64,000 nt of DNA, taken from contig CAVXJS010000009.1 of NCBI GenBank assembly GCA_963762145.1, positions 64,001-128,000 of the forward strand. The letters are read 5' to 3'. How positions within the stretch are numbered: position 1 is the first letter of the stretch; every line of letters starts with the position of its first letter. Both the position numbers and the translations under genes were made by a program. Source of the stretch: an uncultured Candidatus Rokubacteria bacterium. Lineage in GTDB: Bacteria > Methylomirabilota > Methylomirabilia > Rokubacteriales > CSP1-6. The notes beneath the pieces are model-generated. The model saw only the letters and a program-made list of their open reading frames with translations, did not search any database and was not told the DNA's origin. Of the stretch, positions 52,028 to 62,545 are shown piece by piece.

Positions 52028-53478
52028 CAGGCGAGCAGCGCCCGCACCACGGACTTGAAGACGTCGCCGCGGTGCTCGAAGTTGCGGAACATGTCGAACG
52101 ACGCGCACGCGGGCGAGAGCAGCACCACGTCGCCCACCTGGGCCGCGTCGCGGGCGCGGCGGACCGCGTCGTCCATGGACTCCGCGTCCTCCGCGGGGAC
52201 CCCGGCCGGCTCCAGCGCGGCGCGGATCCGCACGCGGTCCTGGCCGATGAGGATCGCGCGGCGCACCCGGCCGCGGGCCGCCTCCGCGAGCGGGCCGAAG
52301 TCCTGGCCCTTGCCCTTGCCCCCCGCGATCAGGACCACCGGCTCGGTGAAGCTCTCGAGCGCCTTGATCGTCGAGTCCACGTTGGTGCCCTTGGAGTCGT
52401 TGTAGTAGACGACCCCGCGATCGTCGTGCACCCGCTCGATGCGGTGGGCCACCCCGCGGAAGGCCGCGATCCCGCGCCGGATCGCGGAGGGCGACATGCC
52501 GGTCCAGAGCGCGCACGCGGTGGCCGCGAGCACGTTCTCCACGTTGTGCTGGCCGCGCAGCGTGATCTCGGTGACCGGGCAGATGCGCTCGGTGCTGCCG
52601 TTGAGCTTGGCCACGATCCAGCCGTCGTAGATGAAGACCCCGTGGGTATGGGTCAGGGTCGTGAGCCGGCTGAACCAGATCACCCGCCCGCGCGCCCGGC
52701 CCCCCAGCCCGGCGGTGACCGGGTCGTCCGCGTTCAGCACCACGCAGTCGGTGGGAGTCTGGTTGGCGAAGATCCGCGCCTTGGCGTCCACGTAGCGCTC
52801 GAAGGTGCCGTGCCGGTCGAGGTGGTCGGGCGTGATGTTGAGGATCGCGCCGACGCGCGGGCGGAACCGGTCGGTGGTGTCGAGCTGGAAGCTGGACGTC
52901 TCGGCCACCACGAGCCCGTCGCCCGGGAACTCGAGCGCGTGCTCGGCCAGGGGCGTCCCGATGTTGCCGCCCACCAGCACCGGGCGCACCTGGGTGCGCA
53001 GCAGCTCCCCGGTCAGCGCGGTGGTCGTGGTCTTGCCGTTGGTGCCGGTGATCGCGATGACGTCGGCTTCCATCACCCGCCACGCGAGCTCGAGCTCGCC
53101 GATGATGGGCACCCCGCGGGCGCGCATCGCGACGAGCGCGGGCAGCTCGAGCGGCACGCCCGGGCTCACGACGACCAATTCCGCGCTCGCGAACGCGGCG
53201 TCGGGATGGCCGCCCGTCCAGAGCACGCAGCCGAGCTGCTCGAGGGCGCGGGCGTCCGCGGGCAGCGCCTCGAGCGGGCTCGAGTCGGAGGCGAGCACGC
53301 GGCCGCCGAGGCGGCGAATGAGCCGCCCGGCCGCCACCCCGCTCTTGGCCAGCCCGACCACGGAGACGGTCTTCCCCGCGATGGACTGGCGATAGGTCGC
53401 GCCTCGCTCGCCGTTACCGCTCACGAAGATCCCCGTGGGATACGGGACGTCCCGTCGCAGCGAGATCGTGATGGCCAT
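52027..53478 (-). CDS. murD: UDP-MurNAc-L-Ala-D-glutamate ligase
   Basis: [36 protein letters not shown]. Confidence 0.95.
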   Translation of the reverse strand: MAITISLRRDVPYPTGIFVSGNGERGATYRQSIAGKTVSVVGLAKSGVAAGRLIRRLGGRVLASDSSPLEALPADARALEQLGCVLWTGGHPDAAFASAELVVVSPGVPLELPALVAMRARGVPIIGELELAWRVMEADVIAITGTNGKTTTTALTGELLRTQVRPVLVGGNIGTPLAEHALEFPGDGLVVAETSSFQLDTTDRFRPRVGAILNITPDHLDRHGTFERYVDAKARIFANQTPTDCVVLNADDPVTAGLGGRARGRVIWFSRLTTLTHTHGVFIYDGWIVAKLNGSTERICPVTEITLRGQHNVENVLAATACALWTGMSPSAIRRGIAAFRGVAHRIERVHDDRGVVYYNDSKGTNVDSTIKALESFTEPVVLIAGGKGKGQDFGPLAEAARGRVRRAILIGQDRVRIRAALEPAGVPAEDAESMDDAVRRARDAAQVGDVVLLSPACASFDMFRNFEHRGDVFKSVVRALLA

Positions 53479-53489
53479 TTCATATCACC

Positions 53490-54572
53490 TCAGCGGAGCT
53501 TCAGGGTGGTGAGCGCCAGCAACGCGAGCATGAACGACAGGATCCAGAAACGGACGATGATCTTGGGCTCCGCCCAGCCCTTGATCTCGTAGTGATGGTG
53601 CAGCGGGGCCATCTTGAAGACCCGCTTCCCGGTCAGCTTGAACGAGGTCACCTGGATGATGACCGAGGCCGCCTCCACCACGTAGATGCCGCCGATGAGG
53701 GGCAGCAGGAGCTCCGACTTGGTGAGCACCGCGAGCGTCCCGATGGCCCCGCCGAGGGCCAGCGAGCCCACGTCGCCCATGAACACCTGCGCGGGATAGC
53801 TGTTGAACCAGAGGAAGCCGAGCGCCGCGCCCACGAGGGCGCCGCAGAAGATGGTCAGCTCGCCGGTGCCCTTGACGTTGAGGATGCGCAGGTACTCCGC
53901 GGCCCGGAAGTTGCCGGTGAGGTACGCGATCACCGCGAAGGCCCCGCCCGCGGTCACGATCGGCCCGATGGCGAGCCCGTCGAGCCCGTCGGTCAGGTTC
54001 ACCGCGTTGGACGCGCCCACGATCACCAGGATCGCGAACGGGATCCAGAGCCAGCCGAAGGTGATGAGCCAGCCCTTGAAGAACGGGATCACGACGCTGG
54101 TGGTGAAGCCGTCCGCCGGCCACCAGTAGAGAAATCCCATCAGGAGGCCCACCAGCACGATCTGGGCCCCGAACTTCTCCTTGGCCGAGATGCCGCGGCG
54201 GGTCTTGAGCTTCTTCCAGTCGTCTTTCAGGCCGATCAGCCCCATGCCCGCGGTGGCCAGCATCAGCACCCACATGTAGCGGTTGCGCAGGTTGGCCCAC
54301 AGGAGGGTCGACACCAGGATCGCCACCAGGATCCCGATGCCGCCCATGGTGGGCGTGCCGGTCTTGGTCTTCTGGTGCCGCTCCGGCGTATCCTCGCGAA
54401 CCGTGCTCTCCCCGTGCTGCATCTGGCGCAGCCGATTGATGAGCCACGGCCCCAGCAGGAAGGAGATCACCAGGGCGGTGACCGTCGCCATCGCGGTCCG
54501 GAAGGTGATGTACCGGAACACGTTGAACGCGGTGTTGTACTTCGCGAGCGGCACGAGGAGCTCGTAGAGCAC
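53490..54572 (-). CDS. mraY: Phospho-MurNAc-pentapeptide transferase
   Basis: TPTMGG, NAVNLTDGLDGL, FMGDVGS, MAPLHHH. Confidence 0.96.
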   Translation of the reverse strand: MLYELLVPLAKYNTAFNVFRYITFRTAMATVTALVISFLLGPWLINRLRQMQHGESTVREDTPERHQKTKTGTPTMGGIGILVAILVSTLLWANLRNRYMWVLMLATAGMGLIGLKDDWKKLKTRRGISAKEKFGAQIVLVGLLMGFLYWWPADGFTTSVVIPFFKGWLITFGWLWIPFAILVIVGASNAVNLTDGLDGLAIGPIVTAGGAFAVIAYLTGNFRAAEYLRILNVKGTGELTIFCGALVGAALGFLWFNSYPAQVFMGDVGSLALGGAIGTLAVLTKSELLLPLIGGIYVVEAASVIIQVTSFKLTGKRVFKMAPLHHHYEIKGWAEPKIIVRFWILSFMLALLALTTLKLR

Positions 54573-55963
54573 TAGCCAGCCACTCCTCCGAAGCGAGCCA
54601 CGAGCGCGTCCACCACACGCTCCATGCGCATGCCCCGGGAACCCTTGACGAGCACCGCGTCGCCGGGCGCGAGCCGCTTGAGCAGCAGCGCCACCGCATC
54701 CTCGAAGGTGGTCACGTGATGGCTCTCCGCCAGGCCCGCCTGACGCGCCGCTTCCACCGCGGTCTGAGCCCAGCGGCCCATGCCGACGAACTCGCCCGCG
54801 CCCGACGCGGCGACCGCGCGGCCCATGTCGCGATGCGCGGCCTCGCTGATCTCGCCCAGCTCCAGCATATCGCCCAGCACCACCACGCGCCGCGGCGCGT
54901 CGGCGGCCGCGGCGAGCGTGGCCAGCGCGGCGCTCACCGAGGTCGGGTTGGCGTTGTAGGTGTCGTCGAGGATGCGCAGGGCCCCCGCGCGCCGCCAGAC
55001 GCAGCGGCCCTTGGCCGGGTGCGCGGCCTCGAGCCCGCGGGCGACCTGCTCGAGGGTGAGCCCGAGGGCGAGCCCGATCCCGGCCGCGGCCAGCGCGTTG
55101 ATCACGTTGTGCCGTCCCGCGAAGTGCAGGCGCACCGGCCGCCGGGCGGTGCCGGCGGCCAGCGTGAAGCGCAGCCCGTCCCCGTCGTCTTCCGCCGGCC
55201 CCGCCGCGAACACGTCCGCCCCGGGACGCGTGCCGAAGTAGAGCACCCGCGCCCGGCTCTGCGTGTGCATCGCGAGCACGCGCGGGTCGTCGGCGTTGAG
55301 CACCACCGTCCCGTCGGGCGGGATCGCGCGCACCAGCGCGCTCTTCTCCTCGGCCACGCCGTCGAGCGAGCCGAAGAACTCGGTGTGGGCGCTCGACACC
55401 ACCGTGACCGCGCCGACGGTGGGCCGGCAGATCGCGGCGAGCGAGGCGATCTCGCCCGGCGTGTTCGCCCCCAGCTCGAGCGCGAGCGCCTTGTGCTCGG
55501 GCCCCAGGCGCAGCAGGGTCAGCGGCAATCCCCACTGATTGTTGAAGCTGCCCTCCGGCTTGAGCACCGGACCGAGCGCGCCCAGGACCGCGGCCATCAT
55601 CTCCTTGGTCGTGGTCTTGCCGTTGCTGCCCGTCACCGCCGCCACCGGCACCGTGAAGCGCGCCCGGTGATAGGCGGCCAGCCGCCCGAGCGCGCGCGTG
55701 GTGTCGTCCACCAGGACCGTCGGCACCGAGGGCGGCAGGTCGTCCGTCAGGTTGGAGACGACCAGGCACGCCGCGCCGCGGGCCGCCGCGTCGCGCAGGA
55801 AGCCGTGGCCGTCGCGGTTCGGCCCGCGGATCGCGAAGAAGGCCTCGCCGATCCCCAGGTGACGGCTGTCGATGCTGACGCCGGTGACGGGCACGCCGAG
55901 GTCGCCCGCCACGAGGGCGCCCTGGGTCCCGCGGACCACGTCCTCGACGCTCAGCCCCGCCAC
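54572..55963 (-). CDS. murF: UDP-MurNAc-tripeptide D-Ala-D-Ala ligase
   Basis: IDSR, TGSNGKTTTKE, DDTYNANP, GDMLELG, KGSRG. Confidence 0.95.
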   Translation of the reverse strand: MAGLSVEDVVRGTQGALVAGDLGVPVTGVSIDSRHLGIGEAFFAIRGPNRDGHGFLRDAAARGAACLVVSNLTDDLPPSVPTVLVDDTTRALGRLAAYHRARFTVPVAAVTGSNGKTTTKEMMAAVLGALGPVLKPEGSFNNQWGLPLTLLRLGPEHKALALELGANTPGEIASLAAICRPTVGAVTVVSSAHTEFFGSLDGVAEEKSALVRAIPPDGTVVLNADDPRVLAMHTQSRARVLYFGTRPGADVFAAGPAEDDGDGLRFTLAAGTARRPVRLHFAGRHNVINALAAAGIGLALGLTLEQVARGLEAAHPAKGRCVWRRAGALRILDDTYNANPTSVSAALATLAAAADAPRRVVVLGDMLELGEISEAAHRDMGRAVAASGAGEFVGMGRWAQTAVEAARQAGLAESHHVTTFEDAVALLLKRLAPGDAVLVKGSRGMRMERVVDALVARFGGVAG

Positions 55964-57486
55964 GCCTGCCCTCCCGCTCCCCCGCGCGCCCGCAGCGCCG
56001 TCCGGGCGATCTCGCGATCGTCGAAGTCGTGCGACTCGGTGCCGATGATCTGGTAGGTCTCGTGCCCCTTCCCCGCGATCACCACCACGTCGCCCGCGCG
56101 TCCCCAGCTCACCGCGGCCTCGATGGCGCGGCGGCGATCGGCGAGGGACTCGTGCCGGCCCGCGGCCTCGGCCGGGATGCCGGTCTCGATCTCGGCCAGG
56201 ATCGCCTCGGGACGCTCGGTGCGGGGATTGTCGGAGGTCACCCAGGCGAAGTCGCCGAGACGCGCCGCGATGCCGCCCATGATCGGCCGCTTGCCCCGGT
56301 CGCGGTCGCCGCCGCAGCCGAAGACCACGCCGAGGCGTCCGCCCGGGCGCAGCAGCTTGCGGGCGGTGGTCAGCACGCGCTCCAGCGCGTCGGGCGTGTG
56401 GGCGTAGTCCACCACCACCAGGAAGGGCTGGCCGGCCTCCACCCGCTCGAATCGGCCGGGCACGGTCGCCACCCGGGACAGCGTCTCGCCGATCCGTCGG
56501 GGCTCCATGTCCAGAGCGAGTCCGACGCCGATGGCCCCCAGCAGATTCATCACGTTGTGCTCGCCCACGAGGGGCGACACGATCTCGATGAGGCCCTTCG
56601 ACGACACGACCTCGAGGCGGATGCCGTCCATGCCGGAGTCCCACCGGCGCGGCCGCAGGTCGGCCTGGCCGTGCAGGCCGAAGGTGATCGCCCGCACCCG
56701 CGCGTCCGCGGCCGCCGCGGCCACCATGGCCGCGCCCGCCGGATCGTCCGTGTTCACCACCGCGGCGCGATAGGGCTTGCGGCTGCCCGCCAGCAGGGTG
56801 AACAGCCGGGCCTTGGCGTCGCGATAGGCCTCGAGGGTCCGGTGGAAGTCGAGATGATCCTGGGTCAGGTTGGTGAAGACGGCCACGTCGAACTCGATCC
56901 CGTCCACGCGGGAGAGCGCGAGGGCGTGCGAGGAGACCTCCATCGCGGCGCCCCCGACGCCGACGCTTACCATTCGCGCCAGCAGCGACTGCAGCTCGAG
57001 GGCCTCGGGCGTGGTCTGGCTGGCCGTCTCCACCTGATCGCCGACGCGATACTCGATCGTGCCGATGACGCCGGTGGGCCGCCCGCCCGCGCCCAGCAGG
57101 GCCTCCACGAGCAGCGATGTCGTGGTCTTGCCGTTCGTGCCGGTGATGGCGACGACGGTGAGTCGCCGCGAGGGATGGTCGTGGTAGGCATCCGCCAGCC
57201 GCGCCAGCGCCTCACGCGACGACGGCACGATGATGCGCGGCGTCGCGCTGCCCGGCAGGGGATCGGCGCCTTCCGCGACGACCACCGCCGCGCCCCGCCC
57301 GACCGCGTCGGCGGCGAAGCGCCGGCCGTCCTGCTTGAAGCCGGAGATGGCCACGAAGAGTCCGCCGGGCGCGACCTTGCGGGAATCGTAGGCGACCCCG
57401 GTCACGCGCCCGGGCAGGGTGCCCAGCACCGTCTTGTCCGGCAAAGCCTCGAGCAGCGTGGGGGTGGGCACGGCGGTCTCGCTCAT
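55951..57486 (-). CDS. murE: UDP-MurNAc-dipeptide meso-DAP ligase
   Basis: GTNGKTT, EVSSH, DYAHTPD, GCGGDRD, DNPR (meso-DAP specific), AGKGHE. Confidence 0.96.
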   Translation of the reverse strand: MSETAVPTPTLLEALPDKTVLGTLPGRVTGVAYDSRKVAPGGLFVAISGFKQDGRRFAADAVGRGAAVVVAEGADPLPGSATPRIIVPSSREALARLADAYHDHPSRRLTVVAITGTNGKTTTSLLVEALLGAGGRPTGVIGTIEYRVGDQVETASQTTPEALELQSLLARMVSVGVGGAAMEVSSHALALSRVDGIEFDVAVFTNLTQDHLDFHRTLEAYRDAKARLFTLLAGSRKPYRAAVVNTDDPAGAAMVAAAAADARVRAITFGLHGQADLRPRRWDSGMDGIRLEVVSSKGLIEIVSPLVGEHNVMNLLGAIGVGLALDMEPRRIGETLSRVATVPGRFERVEAGQPFLVVVDYAHTPDALERVLTTARKLLRPGGRLGVVFGCGGDRDRGKRPIMGGIAARLGDFAWVTSDNPRTERPEAILAEIETGIPAEAAGRHESLADRRRAIEAAVSWGRAGDVVVIAGKGHETYQIIGTESHDFDDREIARTALRARGGAGGQAWRG

Positions 57487-57490
57487 GTCC

Positions 57491-59545
57491 TCACGGCCGG
57501 AGGCTCGCCGCCAGCGTGGCGTGGCCGGCGCGGCCGGCCGGCGGCGCGAGCTGGAGCCGGCACATCGCGCCCGAGGCGAGCGGGGCGCCGGGCAGCGGCG
57601 TCTGGCCGGTCACGATGCCGCGGCCCGTGATCTCGAGGCGCACGTCGAAGGGCGCGAGGGCTTCCAGGGCCTGCCGGAGCGAGAGACCGGCGAGGCGCGG
57701 CATCACGGCCTGGGCGTCGCCCACCGGGGCGGGCGGCGCCGGGGCCAGGCCGGCGGCCACCGCGGACGCGGCGGGCTCCACCGCGCCGCCGGCGCGCGGG
57801 CTGGCCGAGGCCCCGGCCACGATCTCGCCGCGCTCGATCGGCACCGGGCTGCTATCTCGCGGGGGCACGTTGAGGTAGCGCAGGGCCTCACGGCCGATCG
57901 TGGCGAACATGGGCGCGGCCGCCTCGCTCCCCCACTTCTCGTTCTTGGGCTCGTCGAGCAGCACGATCATGGTGAGCCGCGGGTCGTCGGCGGGCACGAA
58001 TCCCACGAACGAGAGCACGCCGGGCGCGCGCGAGTAGCGCTTGGTCGCGGGGTCCATCTTCTGGGCGGTGCCGGTCTTGCCCGCCACGTCGTAGCCGGGG
58101 ATCGCGGCGTGACGCCCGGTCCCGTTGGCCACCACGTTCACCATCATCTCGGTCAGCGTGCGCGCGGTCTCGGGGCTGATGACCTGGCGCACCGTCTTGG
58201 GCTCGAAGGAGCGGATCTCACGGCCCTGCGCGTCCACCACCGCGCGGATGATCTGCGGCTGCATGAGCCGGCCGCCGTTGGCCACCGCGGAGAACGCGGC
58301 GATCATCTGCACCGCGGTCACCGAGATCTCCTGGCCGATGGACATGGTGGCGAGCGAGAGGCCGGACCACTGCGCGGGCGGACGGAGCTGGCCGCGGCTC
58401 TCCCCGGGCAGCCCCAGGTTGGTGGGGGCCCCGAACCCGAACGCGGTCATGTACTTGTAGTAGCGCTCCCGCCCGATCTGCATCCCGACCTTGATCGAGC
58501 CCACGTTGGAGGAGTTCTGGAGCACCTCGGTGAAGGTGAGCCAGCCGTACTTCTTCCAGTCGTGGATGGTCGCGTTGGCGATCGTGATCGCCCCGTTCTC
58601 GCCGAAGATGCGGTCGGTGGGACGGACCACGCCCTCTTCGAGCGCGGTGGCGGCCATGATCACCTTGAAGGTCGAGCCGGGCTCGAACGGATCGGTGACC
58701 GCGCGGGCGCGCCGGTCGTCGTCGGTGGCGGTGGTGAAGGCGTTCGGGTTGTAGGTGGGCCGGATCGCCATCGCGAGGATCTCGCCGGTGCGCGGGTCCA
58801 TCGCCACCGCCATCGCCGACTTGGCCCGGGTGCGCCGCCACGCCGCGTCCACTTCCTTCTCGGCCAGGTACTGGATGGTGGCGTCGATCGTGAGCATGAT
58901 CCCCTGCCCCGCCACCGACGGCTTGAGCACGATGGGCGCGCCGGTCACCTCGCGGCCGAGGGCGTCGCGCTCCACCACCGCGCGGCCCTCGACGCCGGCC
59001 AGGTGGCCGTCCCACATCTGCTCCATGCCCGCGAGTCCCTTGCCCTCCGCGCCCTCGAAGCCGACGAGCTGGGCCGCGAGCTCGCGGTTCGGGTACAGGC
59101 GCAGGCTATCCTCCACCAGCGTGAGCGACGGATCCTTCAGGTCCCGCACCGCGCGCGCCATGTCCGGGGTGAGCCGCCGCCGCACCGGCGCGAACTTCTT
59201 CGACACGGTGAGCTTGCGGGCGATGTCGCGCGCGGGCTCGCCCAGGATCGGGGCCAGGCGCGCCGCGAGACGGGCCGCGTCCTCCACCTTTCCCGGCGTG
59301 ACGTAGAGCGCGTCGGCGCGGGAGGAGACCGCGAGCGCCTGGCCGCCACGGTCGAGGATCGGCCCGCGCTTGGGCCTGAGCGGCACGGTCTTGGCGTGCT
59401 GATTCTCGGCGAGCCGGGAATACTCGTCGTGCTTCCAGACCTGCAGGTAGGCGAGACGGCCGAGGAGTCCGAGGAAGGCGAGGGCCAGGCACGCCGCGAA
59501 CACCAGCGTCCGGGTTCTCAGGCCCTCGATGCGGATCTCGGTCAT
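57491..59545 (-). CDS. ftsI: Class B penicillin-binding protein with PASTA domain
   Basis: EPGSTFK, SSN, KTGT. Confidence 0.93.
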   Translation of the reverse strand: MTEIRIEGLRTRTLVFAACLALAFLGLLGRLAYLQVWKHDEYSRLAENQHAKTVPLRPKRGPILDRGGQALAVSSRADALYVTPGKVEDAARLAARLAPILGEPARDIARKLTVSKKFAPVRRRLTPDMARAVRDLKDPSLTLVEDSLRLYPNRELAAQLVGFEGAEGKGLAGMEQMWDGHLAGVEGRAVVERDALGREVTGAPIVLKPSVAGQGIMLTIDATIQYLAEKEVDAAWRRTRAKSAMAVAMDPRTGEILAMAIRPTYNPNAFTTATDDDRRARAVTDPFEPGSTFKVIMAATALEEGVVRPTDRIFGENGAITIANATIHDWKKYGWLTFTEVLQNSSNVGSIKVGMQIGRERYYKYMTAFGFGAPTNLGLPGESRGQLRPPAQWSGLSLATMSIGQEISVTAVQMIAAFSAVANGGRLMQPQIIRAVVDAQGREIRSFEPKTVRQVISPETARTLTEMMVNVVANGTGRHAAIPGYDVAGKTGTAQKMDPATKRYSRAPGVLSFVGFVPADDPRLTMIVLLDEPKNEKWGSEAAAPMFATIGREALRYLNVPPRDSSPVPIERGEIVAGASASPRAGGAVEPAASAVAAGLAPAPPAPVGDAQAVMPRLAGLSLRQALEALAPFDVRLEITGRGIVTGQTPLPGAPLASGAMCRLQLAPPAGRAGHATLAASLRP

Positions 59546-59554
59546 GCGGTCCCG

Positions 59555-60016
59555 CTAGCGCACTCCGACGTCACGGGGTACCGGGTGCTCGGCCACCACC
59601 GACGGCCGATCGAGCGCGGTCGCCCCCCGGCCGTCCGGGACGAACTCGCGGGCGAGGCGGACCTGGTCGCGCGCGGGGGCCACCATGCCGAGCTCGGTGC
59701 GGGCCTTGCCCTCGATGCGCGAGAGCGACTTGAGCGTGGCCATCTCCACCCGCAGCCGGCGATTGAGCTCCTCCGCCTCGGCCCGGCTGCCGCGGAGCGC
59801 GTCCAGGCGATACGACAGACGCACCTGCTGCACGCGGAGCCCCACCACGCCCAGGATCAGCACCACCGCCAGGCCCGCGCCCACCACCGCGGTGGCCATC
59901 GAGCGGAGCCGGCGCCGGTCCTTCTGGTGATGCCGCCGCACCGCCTCCGGCTGCCGGGCACGGTGCTCGCGTCCCCACGCGGACTGGGGCACGGCGCGGA
60001 CCACCCGGGCGCTCAT
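59555..60016 (-). CDS. ftsL: Cell division protein FtsL
   Basis: TM plus coiled coil, RIEGKARTELGM; located between rsmH and ftsI. Confidence 0.8.
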   Translation of the reverse strand: MSARVVRAVPQSAWGREHRARQPEAVRRHHQKDRRRLRSMATAVVGAGLAVVLILGVVGLRVQQVRLSYRLDALRGSRAEAEELNRRLRVEMATLKSLSRIEGKARTELGMVAPARDQVRLAREFVPDGRGATALDRPSVVAEHPVPRDVGVR

Positions 60017-61077
60017 GCCGCCTCCCGGCGCGCGAGCACGCGGAGCTTCGCGCTGCGGGCGCGCGGGTTGAGCGCGGTCTCCTCGCGGCCCGCGGTGACC
60101 GGCGAGGGCTCGAGCTCCACGAAGCCCGAATCCTCGAGCGAGCGGAACGCGCGCTTCACCACCCGGTCCTCGCCCGAGTGGAACGAGATGACCCCGAGAC
60201 GGCCCCCGTGCTCCAGGAGCGCGGCGGCCTGCGGCAGCGCCTCGGCCAGCGCGCCGGGCTCGTCGTTGACCGCCATGCGCACCGCCTGGAAGGTGCGGGT
60301 GGCCACGTGGGTGCGCTTGGACCACGCGGCGCGCGGCACCGCGCGCTTCACCACCGAGACCAGATCGGCGGCGGTTCGCAGCGGGCTGCGGCGGCGCTGC
60401 TCCACGAGCACGCGCGCGATGCGCCGGGCGTGCCGCTCCTCGCCATACTCGGCGAGAAGGACCTCGATCTCCTCGGCGGCCAGGCGGCCGAGCAGCGCCG
60501 CGGCGGTGTCGCCCTCTCTCGGATCGAAACGCATGTCGAGCGGCTCCTCCCCCTGGAATGAGAACCCGCGCCCGGACTCGTCCAGCTGATACGACGAGAG
60601 TCCGAGGTCCAGCAGCACCGCGGCGGCACGCTCCACGCCCGCGTCCGTCGCGATCGCGCGAAGGTGACGGAAGCTCCCGCGCACCAGCACCACGCGGGCG
60701 CCGAAGCGCTCCAGGCGGCGCGCCGCGCGCGCGAGGGCTTCGGGATCGCGATCGATGCCGAGCAGGCGGCTCGTGCCACCCGTCGTGTCCAGCAGCTGCT
60801 CCGCGTGTCCACCCATGCCGATTGTCCCGTCCACCACCCAGCCCCCGCGACGGGGGCGCAAGAGGAACGTCACTTCGTCGAGCAGGACCGGGATGTGAAC
60901 CGTTGGCTCGTCCGATGCGTGCTCGGGCTCTATCGCGTTGCCACCGGAAGCTTCTCTTTTGAGTGCGCTCGGCTCGCCTTCGGCTGCGCCTCGCCCTGCT
61001 ACTGCGCTCGAGTCAGGCCGTTTTGCGTGGAGGTGCTGTTTGCCGCTCTCGTGCCGTTGGCGTTGCTTCTTGCGCAT
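60013..61077 (-). CDS. rsmH: 16S rRNA m4C1402 methyltransferase (with ~60-aa N-terminal extension)
   Basis: HIPVL, DGTIGMGGH, DLGLSS, PLDMR, SFHSGEDR, NPRARSAKLR. Confidence 0.95.
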   Translation of the reverse strand: MRKKQRQRHESGKQHLHAKRPDSSAVAGRGAAEGEPSALKREASGGNAIEPEHASDEPTVHIPVLLDEVTFLLRPRRGGWVVDGTIGMGGHAEQLLDTTGGTSRLLGIDRDPEALARAARRLERFGARVVLVRGSFRHLRAIATDAGVERAAAVLLDLGLSSYQLDESGRGFSFQGEEPLDMRFDPREGDTAAALLGRLAAEEIEVLLAEYGEERHARRIARVLVEQRRRSPLRTAADLVSVVKRAVPRAAWSKRTHVATRTFQAVRMAVNDEPGALAEALPQAAALLEHGGRLGVISFHSGEDRVVKRAFRSLEDSGFVELEPSPVTAGREETALNPRARSAKLRVLARREAA

Positions 61078-61081
61078 TTTT

Positions 61082-61534
61082 CTAGACGCCCTTCTGGGCG
61101 AGGCGCTCGCGCAGGTCGTCGAGCGGGCCCGCGTTCTCGCGCTGATAGTGCGACCAGCGGTCTTCGTCCCAGATCTCGAAGTGATCCATCATGCCGATGA
61201 TCACCACGTTCTTGGCAAGGGCGCCGCGCTCACGATAGTCCTGCAGGATCTGGATGCGGCCGTGCGGATCGAGCACGACGTCGAGACCCGCGGAGAGGTA
61301 CACGTGCTGGAAGCGACGACGATCCGGATCGAGCTTGGCCAGCGTGCTCACCTTGTCCTCGAGCTCGCGCCATTTGTCCTCCGGGTACACGTCGAGCGAC
61401 GTGCCGTTGGGCGCCATCACCAGGCGGTCGCTGCCGCCCTCCCGCAGCACGTCCCGGAACTTCGCCGGGATGCTGAGGCGTCCCTTCGGGTCGATCGTGT
61501 GCCTGAAATGGCCCCGAAACACTGTCTCCCCCAC
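61082..61534 (-). CDS. mraZ: Division/cell wall cluster repressor MraZ
   Basis: DPKGRLSIP, DPHGRI, EIW. Confidence 0.95.
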   Translation of the reverse strand: MGETVFRGHFRHTIDPKGRLSIPAKFRDVLREGGSDRLVMAPNGTSLDVYPEDKWRELEDKVSTLAKLDPDRRRFQHVYLSAGLDVVLDPHGRIQILQDYRERGALAKNVVIIGMMDHFEIWDEDRWSHYQRENAGPLDDLRERLAQKGV

Positions 61535-61566
61535 CGGGGCCTAGCCGCCCCCGGAACCCCTCGGAA

Positions 61567-61644
61567 ATGACTTCTTAATGACACTTCATGGGATTTCATC
61601 CCACTGCCGGGGACCATCCTAGAAGGGGTCGCTAGGGGTGTCAA
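61567..61644 (-). promoter_or_regulatory. dcw promoter with putative MraZ boxes
   Basis: TTGACA-N17-TAGGAT (61644-61616), followed by 10-bp-periodic AGTGGGATGA/AATCCCATGA/AGTGTCATTA. Confidence 0.7.
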
Positions 61645-61757
61645 GGGAAAACTCCAAGATTTTCAATGCCATTGAGACCCACCCCCTGGCCCATGGGTTG
61701 GGGGTGGCCGAGCCGGGTCTACTTCAGGTAGATGGCCCGGGGGGAGGACGCCGGGCC

Positions 61758-62544
61758 CTAGCGGGCCGGGCGGTAGTACGTGAGGGCCTCGGGCAGCCAC
61801 CCCTCGATCTGCTGGATCCGGGTGGCCTCCGAGGGGTGGGTCGAGAGGAACTCGGGGGGGCGCTGGCCCTTGGCGGCCTCCGCCATGCGCTTCCACAGCT
61901 CGAGCGAGGCGCGCGGATCGTAGCCGGCCTTGGCCATCAGGATGAGGCCCACGTGGTCCGCCTCCGACTCCTGCGCGCGGCCAAAGGGCATCAGCACGCC
62001 GACCGAGGCGCCGGCGCCCAGGGCCGCGGTCACGAGCTGCACGGTCGCCGGATTGCTGCTCGCCATCCCCGCCAGCACCTGCGTCATCGTCTGCACGCCC
62101 ATCTGCTGGCTGACCCGCTCGCCGCCGTGACGCGCGAGCACGTGAGCGATCTCGTGGCCCAGCACCGCGGCCAGACCCGCCTCGTCGCGCGTGATCGTCA
62201 GCATGCCGGTGTAGACCGCCACCTTGCCGCCGGGCAGCGCAAAGGCGTTGGCCTGCTTGTCGTCCTGGATGACGCGGAACTCCCACTGGTAGTTCAGATC
62301 GGTCACCGCGGCGATCCGGCTGCCCACCCGCTGCACCAGGGCATTCGCCTGCGCATCGGTGGACAGGGTCGCCTTGCCGACGATCTCCTTGAAGGACTGC
62401 GCGCCCATCTGCGCTTCCTCGCTCGGCGAGACGAGCTGGAGCTGGTGCCGGCCCGTGTAGGGCACGGTATCGCAGCCGATGGAGACCGCGAGGACGACGC
62501 AGGACGAGACGGGCGACGGTGAGTCGGCGACGCACGACGGTCAT
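61758..62544 (-). CDS. M48 family metallopeptidase lipoprotein, frameshift in signal peptide
   Basis: NAFALPGG, HEIAH, ESEAD, FLSTHP; SIGC lipobox. Confidence 0.88.
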
Positions 62545-62545
62545 T

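Noticed and set aside
57419-60589. Very long antisense ORFs (1056 aa here; also 3946-6969, 25212-27476, 44110-46542)
   Set aside because: Shadow frames of high-GC genes on the opposite strand; no motifs.
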